DNA of 62,746 nucleotides, filler included, from Rhabdomonas costata (Eukaryota): NCBI GenBank assembly GCA_019059605.1. It is 39 parts of 39 records of this genome, joined end to end, with 100 filler letters (N's around TTAATTAATTAA, not from the genome) between each part and the next. Parts side by side here need not be neighbours in the genome. Positions count along the whole stretch, not along the records: positions 35,462 to 36,972 come from JAHMHO010014158.1; positions 37,073 to 38,583 come from JAHMHO010014159.1; positions 38,684 to 40,194 come from JAHMHO010014160.1; positions 40,295 to 41,805 come from JAHMHO010014161.1; positions 41,906 to 43,416 come from JAHMHO010014162.1; positions 43,517 to 45,027 come from JAHMHO010014163.1; positions 45,128 to 46,638 come from JAHMHO010014164.1; positions 46,739 to 48,249 come from JAHMHO010014165.1; 31 more parts are not named here. One strand, 5' to 3'. Made by a program: the position numbers and the translations under genes. Numbering within the stretch: the stretch's first letter is position 1; each line of letters begins with the position of its first letter. Of the stretch, positions 36,483 to 48,817 are shown in pieces. Below the pieces are notes generated by a model. It worked only from the letters and a program-made list of their open reading frames with translations. It searched no databases and was not told the DNA's origin.

Positions 36483-38314
36483 TACTACGCCACAAGATAT
36501 CTTAGCTCAGCAACGCACGGAACGAAGAGCAAGGAAAGCGAGAAGCAGGGAGAGTAGGAAACCCCCCCACGCAAAAAAGGAAACACACACTTACACCCAC
36601 ACACCGTGGCACGCCCTTACCACCCAAAAGATGAGGCAAAAGAGAAACAAAGATGAAAGACAGAAGCCGACCCTTGAAAAGGAAAAGGAGCGCACTGAGG
36701 CCTGCGCTTCTGTCACATCAAGCGGTAAGAGTGCCACGCGACCTCCCTCCCAATCTTGCAGGGACGTAACGTTCCCTCCCTTTCTATCACCACCACACAG
36801 CCTCTCAATCTTCGCCCTCCACGCCCGACTCAAACGCAATCCGCACAAGGCACCTCATCGCACACCCTTTTTTCCCGCGCTCTCACCCAGTATCAAGATT
36901 ATCAGGATCTGCGAGGATCCGAAAACCTCAAGGTGACCTTGCTTGATAATTTTTGTTGGCACCACAAACACANNNNNNNNNNNNNNNNNNNNNNNNNNNN
37001 NNNNNNNNNNNNNNNNTTAATTAATTAANNNNNNNNNNNNNNNNNNNNNNNNNNNNNNNNNNNNNNNNNNNNGTGGGGTCGGCCGGGTGGCCCTGCTGAA
37101 GCAGCGCGCCAAGGTTCTGTAGGGTTGACGCTTTTGTCTTGCGGGGGGGAGCATATTGAGAGCAATCTTTTGCATGCTGAGAAGGTGACCAGCATTTTTA
37201 TAGCGAGGGGCTCCGTTCCCTGCTGATAGGACCTGACGGGCCCAGCCGGAGACTTATGCATTTCCACCTGCATTCACCTTGTCATCTCATCATCGTGAGA
37301 GTTCAGAAAGGTCCACTGCATTAGTCCCCGGCGTAGGGCGCCACTGGGCCCTGATCTGAAGGACTGTTTGGCATGTGAAAATCTGGGCTTGAAAATGGAA
37401 GAGAGCACTGAAAGATGGCGCACAGAAGGGGAGCATTAGGATGGACACATTCACGTACACTTTCGACTTTTTGCTTGACTTCTGTATAACACGTCTATTT
37501 TCTTTTTTACGCGGTCACACCCATTTTACACACTCATTTTAGCTTCGATTTTCGAATTTCTCGTCTTTCTTTTTCACTGTTATCTTACTTTGAGTGATGA
37601 GGGTCTTCTGACCGCCTGTTCGCAGGTAAAGACCCCGACGGAGCAACCCTTGCCCACCGCCGCTACAAGTCCCCCGCCGGAACAGGTCATTTCCTTTCGC
37701 AACTGCGCATGCTCGTCGTTCCCTTCTGCGACAACACCGGAACTTTTGGGCAGTTTGTAATTTTGACACCCCCCCCCCTCCAATAAGAATACCAGGCTTC
37801 CAAATTTCGTTTTGCTCAGTGTGTGTGTGTGTGTGTGTGTTTGTTCTGTGGACTCAATTCCTGTTGTGTGGGAATGGAGCTCGGTTCCTCGTTAAACTTC
37901 TTTAAAAAAAATAGTGTCATCAGCAAAGAACCACCATGGCACTTAGACCAAGGTCCCATGTGTTTCCAATGATGTCACCCAGGATTACTTCAGACTGAGG
38001 TCACAATTGCCTGAGATAGCCCGTCAGTGCACCTTTAAGGTCTTTTTAGGTCATTTTTGGGCCATTTTCAGTCCTGTTTTGGCATTTTTTTCGGGACTTC
38101 CAAAGTTCCTTTTGTTCTCTTTTTGATTGGAAAATTGTCGGGAAGACAGTATTGGCTTGTTGAAGGAGCAGAATAAATGTGGTGCCTTGCTTTGTGGCCA
38201 GCACAGAGCCAAAGCGATGCCCTAGACAAGACCAAAAATTGGCCAAAAGAAACAAAGTGGGCCAAAAACAGGCAAAAAAAAACACGAGATGAAATGGCGC
38301 CATGGTCGGTGGAA

Positions 38315-38577
38315 GTGGAAGAAATACTTTCGAAGCGCTTCATTGGTAACCAATTATTATCGGGAGGAAGCAGGAAACCCTCGCAAGCGAGAGCGCGAAT
38401 TATTGTCCATTTTTCCACAGTGCTGGCCCTTTGTCAAACCAGCCCGAGAAACCACTTACAAGAACCCAAAAAAGCAATTCTAGCAATCGATTTTCGCGCT
38501 GCGTATGGTGGACTCCCTGTGCTTCTTCCCGATAATAATTGGTTACCAATGAAGCGCTTCGAAAGTATTTCTTCCAC
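38315..38577. mobile_element. 58-bp inverted repeat with 147-bp spacer; candidate MITE/foldback element
   Basis: 38315-38372 versus 38520-38577, 57/58 complementary. Confidence 0.55.
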
Positions 38578-39291
38578 CCCACCNNNNNNNNNNNNNNNNN
38601 NNNNNNNNNNNNNNNNNNNNNNNNNNNTTAATTAATTAANNNNNNNNNNNNNNNNNNNNNNNNNNNNNNNNNNNNNNNNNNNNGTTTGTGGGTTTTTTGA
38701 TGCTCTGGGGATGGGTTTTTGGGGCAAAAAGCCTTGAAAAGGGGGCTTTTTGGCGTCGAAACGGGCTTCGGGTGAAATTGAGGGAACATCGGCCGCTTCG
38801 GTAAAGTGGTTGGAGGGGTACCCTCGTTTCGTTACGGGACCCCCGCGCAGCGCCCTTACTTGTCCTTCCTGACTTTCCTCATCACGTCCTCTCGTTCCTT
38901 TACATCACCACACTTCGTGCTCCGTCGAAACAGCATCGCTTTCCTTTTAGACTCCCCTTCCCTTTCCTCCTGTTCTTCTCCTCGCCCGCTTTATTACTTT
39001 AAACTGCCTTTAGAGGGCCAACTCGAAGCAGCCCTGGGGTTTTTTGCATATTTGAAGATATTTTTGGTTTGTTTCTGTGCTCCTGATTGTCTTGTCTCTT
39101 GTCTTGTCTCTGTTGTCCCTCGATATCATGGCTGGGTGGCCCTCCTCCCCACCCACACCCACTACCACACACCACCTCCTGTTGGCTGGAATTGGCCGAA
39201 CGCCGGCACCTTCCATGTGTTTGCTGCTTGAGTAAAGCTGCGAAGGTCCTAGCTGTCTTCATTGCGTAGGTGCACCATTGACCATTTTCAG

Positions 39292-40188
39292 GGATGGACT
39301 TCATGGAGAGTGTTGCGGGGAATGCAAGCGTCAAAGAAGTGATTTGCCTAGTTCGCAAGGAAACGGTGAAGGGCCGGACTCTGGAGAAGTTCAGGGACGA
39401 TATCATGCTTGCCTTGAACTTGCCCAAACAGTACCACCACAAGTTTCGCTTCGTACTGGGGAACATCACTGTCGCAAACTTGGGGTATGTGCACGTGTTT
39501 TATGTGTCAGACAAACTTTTCGGACTCTGGCCTGTTGTTTTTTATCGTTTATGGGCCTCAGTCGACGAACGTTTTCACTTGTGCCCACGGTTGTTGTTTT
39601 ACCGTTTTCCTAGAATAGGTCGATCACTGATTACCGTTCGATTAATTTTGTCTTCATTTCCAACGGAAAGATGTGGAAAATTTTCCTCCAGTTGGGAGCT
39701 CGAATTCGGATTTCGCGTCTTAGATGCTCTATTACCGATAACCAAAGAGCAAAAAAACGGGAAAACGACCGCAAATTTCGATCAATCGAATATTATGCTG
39801 GATAACCGGCTACCATGACTCCTAGGCGTCGAGGCGTTACCACCAAACCGCGATTTCACTAGTCGGTCACCGATCACCCCGCTTAATCGAATATTCAATT
39901 CCCAATGCCACTCAGTCGTCACGAACAGCTGAAAGGACGGGTGGGAGAATGTCCTGATTTCGGATGGCTTTTGTTAAAAGCCAGGCAGCCTTCCCGGCGT
40001 TTCTGACGATCCCTTTGTTGTTGTTGTTCCGAACTGCATCAATCACCCATTAAAATTAGTCCCGGGTGTCTCTGATTTATTCTCAGATTGTCCGACGAGG
40101 ACCGCGAGGCGCTCTTTTCCAGCTGCACGCACATGCTGCACCTGGCCGCCAGCGTGTCCTTCGAGGACCCCTATGACAAGATGTACCA
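39292..40188 (+). CDS. Extended SDR, fatty acyl-CoA reductase/thioester reductase-like (NAD_binding_4); exons 39292-39484 and 40087-~40188
   Basis: VKEVICLVRK...KFRFVLGNITVANLG|LSDEDREALFSSCTHMLHLAASVSFEDPY fits the G-D/N-I-x-x-x-x-L-G-L...H-x-A-A-x-V-x-F pattern. Confidence 0.85.
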
Positions 40189-40294
40189 ACCAACNNNNNN
40201 NNNNNNNNNNNNNNNNNNNNNNNNNNNNNNNNNNNNNNTTAATTAATTAANNNNNNNNNNNNNNNNNNNNNNNNNNNNNNNNNNNNNNNNNNNN

Positions 40295-40732
40295 GTGGGC
40301 GAGCCCTCTGCTGACACATGCGCGACCCCCGTCGCTGATACGGCTCCCTCCGCGACTTTGGAGAGTCCACCCCCACCTCAGTCTCCTTCTCAGTTTCCAT
40401 CCCCCGCGGCGGCCTTGGCAGCGGCTGACGCTGCAACCCGGAATCTTTCCATGTGCACGCCACCGCGAAGAGGGTCTGCGGACAAGACTCAATCAGACTT
40501 TACCTCCCTGGCGTCGCTGATGACGCAGCAGCCCCAGCAGCAGGCTGAGCTGCCGGGATGCGCGGCTCGCTCCCCCTCGCCCGGCGTGCCTCCACAGCCA
40601 CCTGTGGAGAGGGAGCTTTCCTCGACATCTATGGAGGGTGCCAGGCGGGCGGTGAGGGCGATGCGAGCAGTCCGGACTTTGGCCAACCGCCGGGTTGTTC
40701 AAACGGAGATGCCTAGCATTTTTGGCAGCTGA
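40295..40732 (+). CDS. Terminal exon of an unknown Pro/Ser-rich protein
   Basis: 145-codon GC-rich open frame ending in TGA. Confidence 0.55.
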   Translation: MGEPSADTCATPVADTAPSATLESPPPPQSPSQFPSPAAALAAADAATRNLSMCTPPRRGSADKTQSDFTSLASLMTQQPQQQAELPGCAARSPSPGVPPQPPVERELSSTSMEGARRAVRAMRAVRTLANRRVVQTEMPSIFGS

Positions 40733-41453
40733 AGAGCGAGAAAAGTGAGAAACGGCCCGCGAGCTCTTGTGACCATCCAGTCTTTGCCTGGAGGATCTTG
40801 GCGGAGCGCGGGGCTTCGCGACTGCAGCTCCTGGGGTGCTGGGTTTAGCCTTGTACCAGTACCCTTTGGAAGCTTTTGAGTGTCTTTTAACCGCCACACG
40901 CCCTCACCATCGTGCTTCTCATTGTGCTGCTTGCTTACCCTGTGTGCCTTTTCCGTGCGAAGTATTTTACATGTAGACGTTTCGCATGACAACAGTGAAG
41001 TCCTTCCCGCTGGGGCAGCACCATCAGAGAAGGCATTGGCCTGAGGCCTCTGGGGGGCCGTTCTCAACCGCCCGAAACGCAGTCTGAGAAATATTTTTCA
41101 GTGGGGTGCACTTGAGGCTGGTAACGATCGCATCTTGTATGTTCCTGGTATCATAGCGTCATCACGTTGCTATGCTGGGTTCCACCGACATCTGCGGAAC
41201 AAGTGGCGATCTTCAACTCACGTTCACAGCATTCACATTTTAGGGCATCGAACCACGGCACTGCCCTCGCGAACCCCTTGCACTCGGAGCAGGTCAGCGC
41301 AGAACTGGACTGGTTCGAAAAAGAGGCATCCGCCACTCCCCAAACCGGTGGTTGACATCCCAAAGTGACCGTCACCTTCGGCGCACACCCCATCCCATTC
41401 TTTTTTTGTTGCCAAAGTTTCGAGCGGTGTGTGGTGCTGGCTGCTGTACTAAA

Positions 41454-41722
41454 ATGACTCTCCACTTTCCGAGCGCGGACCAGATCGAGCATCTGGTGGC
41501 CTACGCTGCCGCCGCTGGGGTGGCCTGTTTTGTTGTCGGGGAGATCCTCCTTAGGTTCACCAAGAGGGCGCTGCGGAGGAAGTTTACCACCCGCAGCCTT
41601 CTGGGAGGCGCCGCGCAGGGCGCCGTGGAAGAGGCCCTGGCGGACCCCGAGGAGTTTTGCTACACCTGTGGTGCGGTGCGGGACTGCATCCCCGTCACCG
41701 TCAAGGCAGAGCCCGACTACAC
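41454..41722 (+). CDS. First exon of an unknown protein with an N-terminal transmembrane anchor and CxxC
   Basis: AAAATG start, hydrophobic LVAYAAAAGVACFVVGEILL, CYTCG, GTATGC donor at 41723. Confidence 0.6.
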
Positions 41723-44700
41723 GTATGCGTGCTTCACTTTGTCATACTCACCTGCATGTCCCCTCCCCTCCTCCACTCGAGACATGCTGTAACCTCCGTG
41801 CAAGANNNNNNNNNNNNNNNNNNNNNNNNNNNNNNNNNNNNNNNNNNNNTTAATTAATTAANNNNNNNNNNNNNNNNNNNNNNNNNNNNNNNNNNNNNNN
41901 NNNNNGTGTTGCGTGTCACTGCGACACACAGCAGCGCTCATACCCCTGTCACCATCCATCAGAATCTCAACAGAGGTCTTCGTAATGCTCACCCGTGGGA
42001 TCATTAACCGCAGAGGACACAATTGGTTGAGAGCGTCAGCGAGCGTAATTGTAAGTACACCTTGCGGGCCTTGACCCCGGCCAACAAGGCCGTCTAGTGC
42101 GAGTTCCAACCTTATCGGGTTGAAGTAATTATTCAAACACTCCACATTCCTCATGAATCAACAGACGCCTTTGCTACAGCTGCATCGCCCGCGTGCATCC
42201 CTTGACAACCAATTCAACCAATAGGGAGCTGTGGTGTTGCTGTGGTGCGAAGAGGATCACTGAGGAAAAGGTCCTTCCTCTCTTTCTGAAGCGTGAGACT
42301 GCACCCGCACGCACGAAAATAAAGGGGGACAGTTCCGTGAAACAAACCTGGACAGGGCAGCAACAGGGAAGAGGACAGTCAAGGCCTTCTTTTCTTGCGG
42401 GGACTCAGGCGGGGGGGTTTTCAGACTTGCGCTCGATGACGCTGCGTTTTCATGAGAGGGGATGCTTTTGGTTCTTGGTTCTTTTTCCCCACCTGGGTGC
42501 TGTTTGTGAAAGGTTGGAGGTTCCGTAGCGCCTGTGTCTGTCGACGCGGCTGTGGGGCACGCTGATGTTTGTACTTTTGCAGCGCTTCTGTTTCTGTTCT
42601 TTGCATCCTATGATATCGGAGGAGCTGCGATTACACCATACTTTTTTCAAGTTCTAACGAATCTCACATCCCCGGGATGATATTGTCATGCTAGTGTGAA
42701 GGTCCGGAACCCAGCCTATCCACAACCCCGGATTCACACTGATTCACGCTAGCACCATTGTTCATTGCTACCCTGTGTGCATCGATGCCAAACTGTCATG
42801 GCTTTCAGTTTGAAGTTGCACCGCGGGTTCATGATGATAATAATATCCTGAGCCTACCAAGCCCAGCAAGCTGCGATGGGATTCAGTCTCAAAGGTTTGC
42901 ACACACGGTCCCACATTCCGGGGTAATATGCCGATAGGGAGGGCCCCGAATCAGACGGAAACTGGGGTCCCCACCGCCACCGCTTTCGGCACGTTGACGA
43001 TCGCGTGCCGGAAGCCCACGAAAGCGCGTGACTCCGGGGCCACATCCCTGGTTGGTCGTCCCTCGATTACCCGCGGCGGGCTGTGGCGATGCTCCCCTGC
43101 CATTTGGCCGTCGCCGCCTGGCCCGCGGCTGGTGGTCGAAACGATTTTCGTGTTGGGGACATTGACGAAGAAAAGAAGGAAAGGGCCAACGTTTTGAAGC
43201 GATGTTGCGTTGATGCCGGCGTTTTTTCGTTTCCCATTCACCGTTCCCCCTTTTCAGAACTGTGTGTTTGGATGCTTTTCCTGGCCTGTGGTTTACCGTT
43301 GCCCGCATTAAGGGAAACCAACCGTGCAGCTCTCTTTGGGGCACCCCCTAGGGGCGGCCAGAAACAAGTTAAAGGCGCCTTTGGGCGGTGTATTCTCCCC
43401 TTCACTCCCACCACACNNNNNNNNNNNNNNNNNNNNNNNNNNNNNNNNNNNNNNNNNNNNTTAATTAATTAANNNNNNNNNNNNNNNNNNNNNNNNNNNN
43501 NNNNNNNNNNNNNNNNGGTTTTGTGGGTATCCACTTCAGCGACGTAGCAAACTTTACATGTATCTCAAATAATCTGAACTATGTGCACATGATCGACGTG
43601 ACATGGTGTGGAACTACATGCAGGAGATGTATTCAATAATCATCTCTAGTATGCGTTCTGTTTGGTTTGGTGGTTGTGTTCAATATTGAAGCTGATTCGT
43701 CGATCTTGCCAGTTGATCTCATCTCTCCGTACTGCGTTCGCTTAGATACTGCTGCGTAAGCACTGCCACATCATCTACTCTACGACTTGCCACGTACCTA
43801 TTAATCTCTTAATACCAAAGCTACACTCCATATATTATCCTCACGTCTCTGTCAACATACAATGGTCTCTTTTGTATCTTTGTTGTATCTCGAGCTAAAC
43901 TCGCACTATTTTGGGGTTTGGTGAAAACCATGGATTGTATTTCTCTTTTGAACTCTGCATCCGATGAATAACTTGCTGCAAAGCGCCACGTAGAAATGTT
44001 CTCAACACTCAATTCTACAGCACTTGGTGATCCACTGATTGTGATTCCATGAATCATCCGACCTTTGTTTCATCATATTGTTTCAATGTACTCAATTTGT
44101 CATGATACAATACCAGTAACCACGCTTGTTGTGCTGTTCCTTTTTGCTGTGCCTTACATGCAGATCAAGAACACTTGGAGATCCACTTTAAAAAACATTC
44201 AGACATCACGTTTTCTACATTGTTTGCTGCACGCTTCAGTAAAATGTTTATTTGTCTGGTGAAGCGGAAAGTGCAAAAGAAAACATTGCCTTTGGTAAGA
44301 CACCAATGACATACAATGCAATTTACACACTTCAATGTCGGAAATTTTCACAGCAGTGATACGGTTATGAGATGCTGTGCTAACTCTCTAGTTGCGTTCC
44401 TAGCTGCCGGATGTTCATCCACCAACAAACCACGGCCTTACAGGCCGTAAACACAGCGTTTTGCGATTTTGAGGGTGTGAAGTGATGTTCAGCTCTAACT
44501 TTGGTGGCCAACACAAGGCTCCAAAAAAGAAACGGGAATATTCACTTGCAGTGACGTGACTTTAACCTCGTAATTATACACCATCACTCTGTGTACTGTG
44601 TGTTTCATAGAAAGCCTCGTACAAAGAGGTGCAGTACACGCACTGCGCCGTTATGGCCGCGGTGAAGTGCCAGGAGAAACTTTTGCAGCAGCTTCAGCAG

Positions 44701-47050
44701 TGGGACCGATCATGGATGCCAGCATAGCGCTACCGAGTTGGTATCCGCAGCGGTGCTGCAGGTAGGTAACTGTGGACTCTACGAGAAGATGTTTGTGCTG
44801 TGTGTGTGGCTGTCTGTATGAATATTTGTACGATTCTGCAAACTGCGTGTATCTGAAAATGCTGTCCACACCCGGTGCACCACAGAGAGCTCCACATACC
44901 TGGAGCTCTGGCACAACCGAATTCACCATCAGAGACTCATCTCCACGCAGCTACGAGAACGCAGTGAGCCGTCGCCGATCCCCATGCACGCTGCGCAATT
45001 TTTTTTGGCGCCATCAGGCCCACAACCNNNNNNNNNNNNNNNNNNNNNNNNNNNNNNNNNNNNNNNNNNNNTTAATTAATTAANNNNNNNNNNNNNNNNN
45101 NNNNNNNNNNNNNNNNNNNNNNNNNNNGTTTTGGTGGGCCTTTTTCGCGCTGTGGACCACGACGAAATGCAACGAGTTTCTAAAACTGAGACTATGTGCG
45201 ATTGACCCGTGGACCCGTCTGACGATGGTAGGCGCCGAACGATATTTTGGTTTATGTTTCTCCTCGGAAAGGGGGGATCGACGGGGGCAGGAGCCGCTCG
45301 AGGCTCGGAAAGGTTGAAAGGATGTCTAACAACGTGCTCTGTGCAGTTACGCGGTTGGGGACTTCTCGGGTGCCCGCGACTGACAACTTTGATTTCTTCA
45401 GAATCGTCCTTCAAGGTTCAATATAACACCAATTTTGCAGGTTTGAGGGCGCTCTGGAGCGGGCTGGGGCAGTAACTCTAGGATCCCCTATCACAACTGC
45501 ACGTAACCACTTCCCCTAGCCTTCAACCTCTTGCGTTTTCCATCGGGTCAAGGTAGGTGCCCTCAGTAGGGCTTTCAACATCGGCTTTGCGCTTTCCGTT
45601 CCGTGCCTGTCAGCAACTGCGCCTTTCCGCATCGCACATAGTCACCACTATCCACCTATCCTTCTTTGATTTTTTGGTAGCCCTTGGCGCTTTCCCCTGA
45701 GCTGGCGCCGCTGAAGCTGCGGCAGCGCTCGGAGCTCGACGGGATTTTCATTCACAACCCCTTCTCTGACAGAGGGGAAGAGGCCGGCCTGGTCTGTCTG
45801 CTCTCTGCGGGCTGTATTCCGTTTCCTCCCCTCAGCGCATCCCACGCACCGCACGAGTGAAGGATTCGGCAGGATGAATAAGTACCAATTCTCGAGTTCG
45901 TTTTCTTGATTTTGATTGCGCTGTGCTCACTGGTGTGATCCTGTCTCCCCTTTCCACAAGTTGCCCCATTCGCTGAAGGGATGAGCATTTTTTTGTTTTA
46001 GCTCATGCTTGTGCTTTTTTTGTTCAAGGAAAGATGTCTTTCTCACCGTGAAGGATATTTCCGGGGGGGGGGGCTTTTGCTCCGCCATCGACAAAAATTG
46101 TGCCGCTCCCCCTTCCCATTCAGCTGTGGGTTGAGTTCTTGGGTCGTTCACCTGTGCACCACAGGTGCAGTGGGTGTGCCAGGAGAAGTGTTGGGTTTCG
46201 TGCACATTGACCAATCCTCTGCTGGTGGAGATCGTTCTCTCCTCCGTCTCGGTGCGCATTTCTCATCGCACTCTCTTTATGTCTGTTTGTTTTATATCTG
46301 CGTGGTTGGTTGTCGACATGTGGAAGTTGTGCTTTACTTTGTTTTCCTTTTTGTGAAGTGGCAATTCTTCTTGCCTTCTCGCTACAACCCCTGCCTCCAT
46401 ACCAGCCGTAGGTATAGTCATCACCACCCCGATCTTGATGACATATTGTTGAGCGGCAGTCTGAGCGGAACCAACACTGCAGAGACTCACAGGACGTTCC
46501 TTTGCTCACGTCTGCCTTCTTAAATTTAATAACGCAGAAAATATGACATGGACAAAAACCCGTGTGGCTTTTTAAAGCGCTATTTTCAGCACTTTTAGGG
46601 TCGGATTTTTCATGCCCCCCCCCCCAACTCCGACGCCANNNNNNNNNNNNNNNNNNNNNNNNNNNNNNNNNNNNNNNNNNNNTTAATTAATTAANNNNNN
46701 NNNNNNNNNNNNNNNNNNNNNNNNNNNNNNNNNNNNNNGGGGTGGTGTGAGTGTGCTGTAATTATCTGTGTGCTTTCCTGCATGTTTCTCTCCCAATTGC
46801 TCCAAGTTGGGTCAGCACCAAAACAAAGCATAGTGGTACGGTTGTCTTGCGGCCCGCACTCTGAAGGTGTCTTCTTGGGGGGGGGGGTGACACCCTCCCC
46901 ACTCTCGCCTGGTCACTGGAGACTGTCCCTCCCAGGGTTGCATTTTTATGATGCTAAATGCATGTGATGTGGTATATGAGATGCTGTTGTTGTTGTTGGG
47001 GGTTGCTGGTTGTGTGGGGTTGGGAAGGTTCAAGTTTGGATTTTGCAAAG

Positions 47051-47367
47051 GTCCTAGCGGACGCGGATAAGGCCCACGCCATCAACTCGGTGTGCGGTGC
47101 GGCCTTCGGGGCGGCGGGACAGCGGTGCATGGCACTGTCTGTAGCGATCTTCGTGGGCGAGGCCAGGGCTTGGATTGGCGACCTCGTTGAGCGCGCTCGC
47201 AAGCTCAACACGAATTGTGGTATGGCTGCAGCTGTTTTGCGTGTGGATTTGGTGTGACAGATCTCCGAAGGCGCACAGGGGTTGGGGCGCCTTGAAATGC
47301 CTTAGCGTTTCCTAATTTCTGGTTCTTAACCACCACAACATCCAGACTCCCTGCAACCGGAAAGTGA

Positions 47368-47417
<50 letters not shown>

Positions 47418-47961
47418 CCTATCTCAGACTTATCTCTGATTCCACACTGCTCGAGACCCAAGGCAACTGGTGGGTGTCCCCAATCAGGCACCTGGCGCCT
47501 ATGTTTCACAGTGGAAGACCTGGTCGGGGTGGGGCCAGAGTTACCTTCACTATTTGAGACCTATTTGAGACAATAATGTGGATGCGAACCGATTTCGGTG
47601 CCTGACAGTATCCGTTCCAGTGTTTTTTTACCCTTCACACCCAGCTGTATGCATCTGTTTTTTTTGTAATTGCGTGCGGCTGTAGACAGGAAATGTCGAC
47701 AGGAAATGCATAGTTAATAGTTGCTCACAAGGCCGTCCAACCGAGCAACTAATATGCATTGATGGGTCGCCGAATGGGCGGGTCCCTCGTATGGTGGCTC
47801 GACAGGCGGCATTATTTTATGAGGTGCGAACGCTCTCATTCTCGCGCACCCCCCCCCCTCCTTCCGCCAAAGGCTTCGCCACGGGAGCTGACCTTGGGCC
47901 TCTGATCACCAAGGAGGCAAAGCAGAGGGTGGAAGCTCTGATAGATTCCGCCTCCAAGGAG
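47051..47961 (+). CDS. ALDH6A1: Methylmalonate-semialdehyde dehydrogenase; exons 47051-47219 and 47873-47961
   Basis: GAAFGAAGQRCMALS catalytic-Cys motif, then G|FATGADLGPLITKEAKQRVEALIDS; GT-AG phase 1. Confidence 0.95.
47377..47416 (+). repeat. (GA)n microsatellite in intron
   Basis: GA run; a (CT)n run also occurs at 57856-57878. Confidence 0.95.
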
Positions 47962-48781
47962 GTTTGCCACAGTGCTCTAGCCTCAGGCACGCTCCTTCCG
48001 CCACGCATTGTCCTGCCCAGCTTCTTATTCTCTCTCACTTCCTCACACACATCACACACACATGCACTACCTCTACCCCTTCTCATTTTTTCTTGCCGGT
48101 TTCCCATCCTTCCTCTCCATAGTCCCACACTTTGCATCCCTCTTTCCCCAACATTTCCTTTTTACGTCGTGCAATTGCATTCACGGCGCTTCTGACCGAC
48201 CTCGACGTTGATCGATGTGTCGTGTGCATCAGACGCATGAACACACCCCNNNNNNNNNNNNNNNNNNNNNNNNNNNNNNNNNNNNNNNNNNNNTTAATTA
48301 ATTAANNNNNNNNNNNNNNNNNNNNNNNNNNNNNNNNNNNNNNNNNNNNTGGTTTTTGCTGAGGGCAACCCCCCCACCCCAACCCCAAAGATTTCCAAGA
48401 GGCACAAAAATGTGTGCAGGGGTGGGGGTGGGGGGGTTGCCCTCAGCAAAAACGAGACACCAAATTCTCAACTTGAAGAGAGGGCACCTGCAACGGCCAG
48501 GTCAAAGCGCGGCAGTAGAGACCCCACAGGGAAGAACTCTGCCGCGGGGCTGCACCCGTTGGGCTGCTGTCTGCTCTGCTCAGAAGCACTGTCATACTCT
48601 CGAAACCGCCGGGCAGCCTGTGTGGATACCGTTCGCACCCAACAGGAACCAACATAGTGATGCTAACTAAAGCATAGCCACTGGAAGCAAAGTCACGACT
48701 CACACCCCAGTAATAGCCCAGAGAGACATCAGATGTCGAAAGGTAGATAAAATAGTGACAAGGATAAAAGGATTGTCAAAT

Positions 48782-48817
<36 letters not shown>

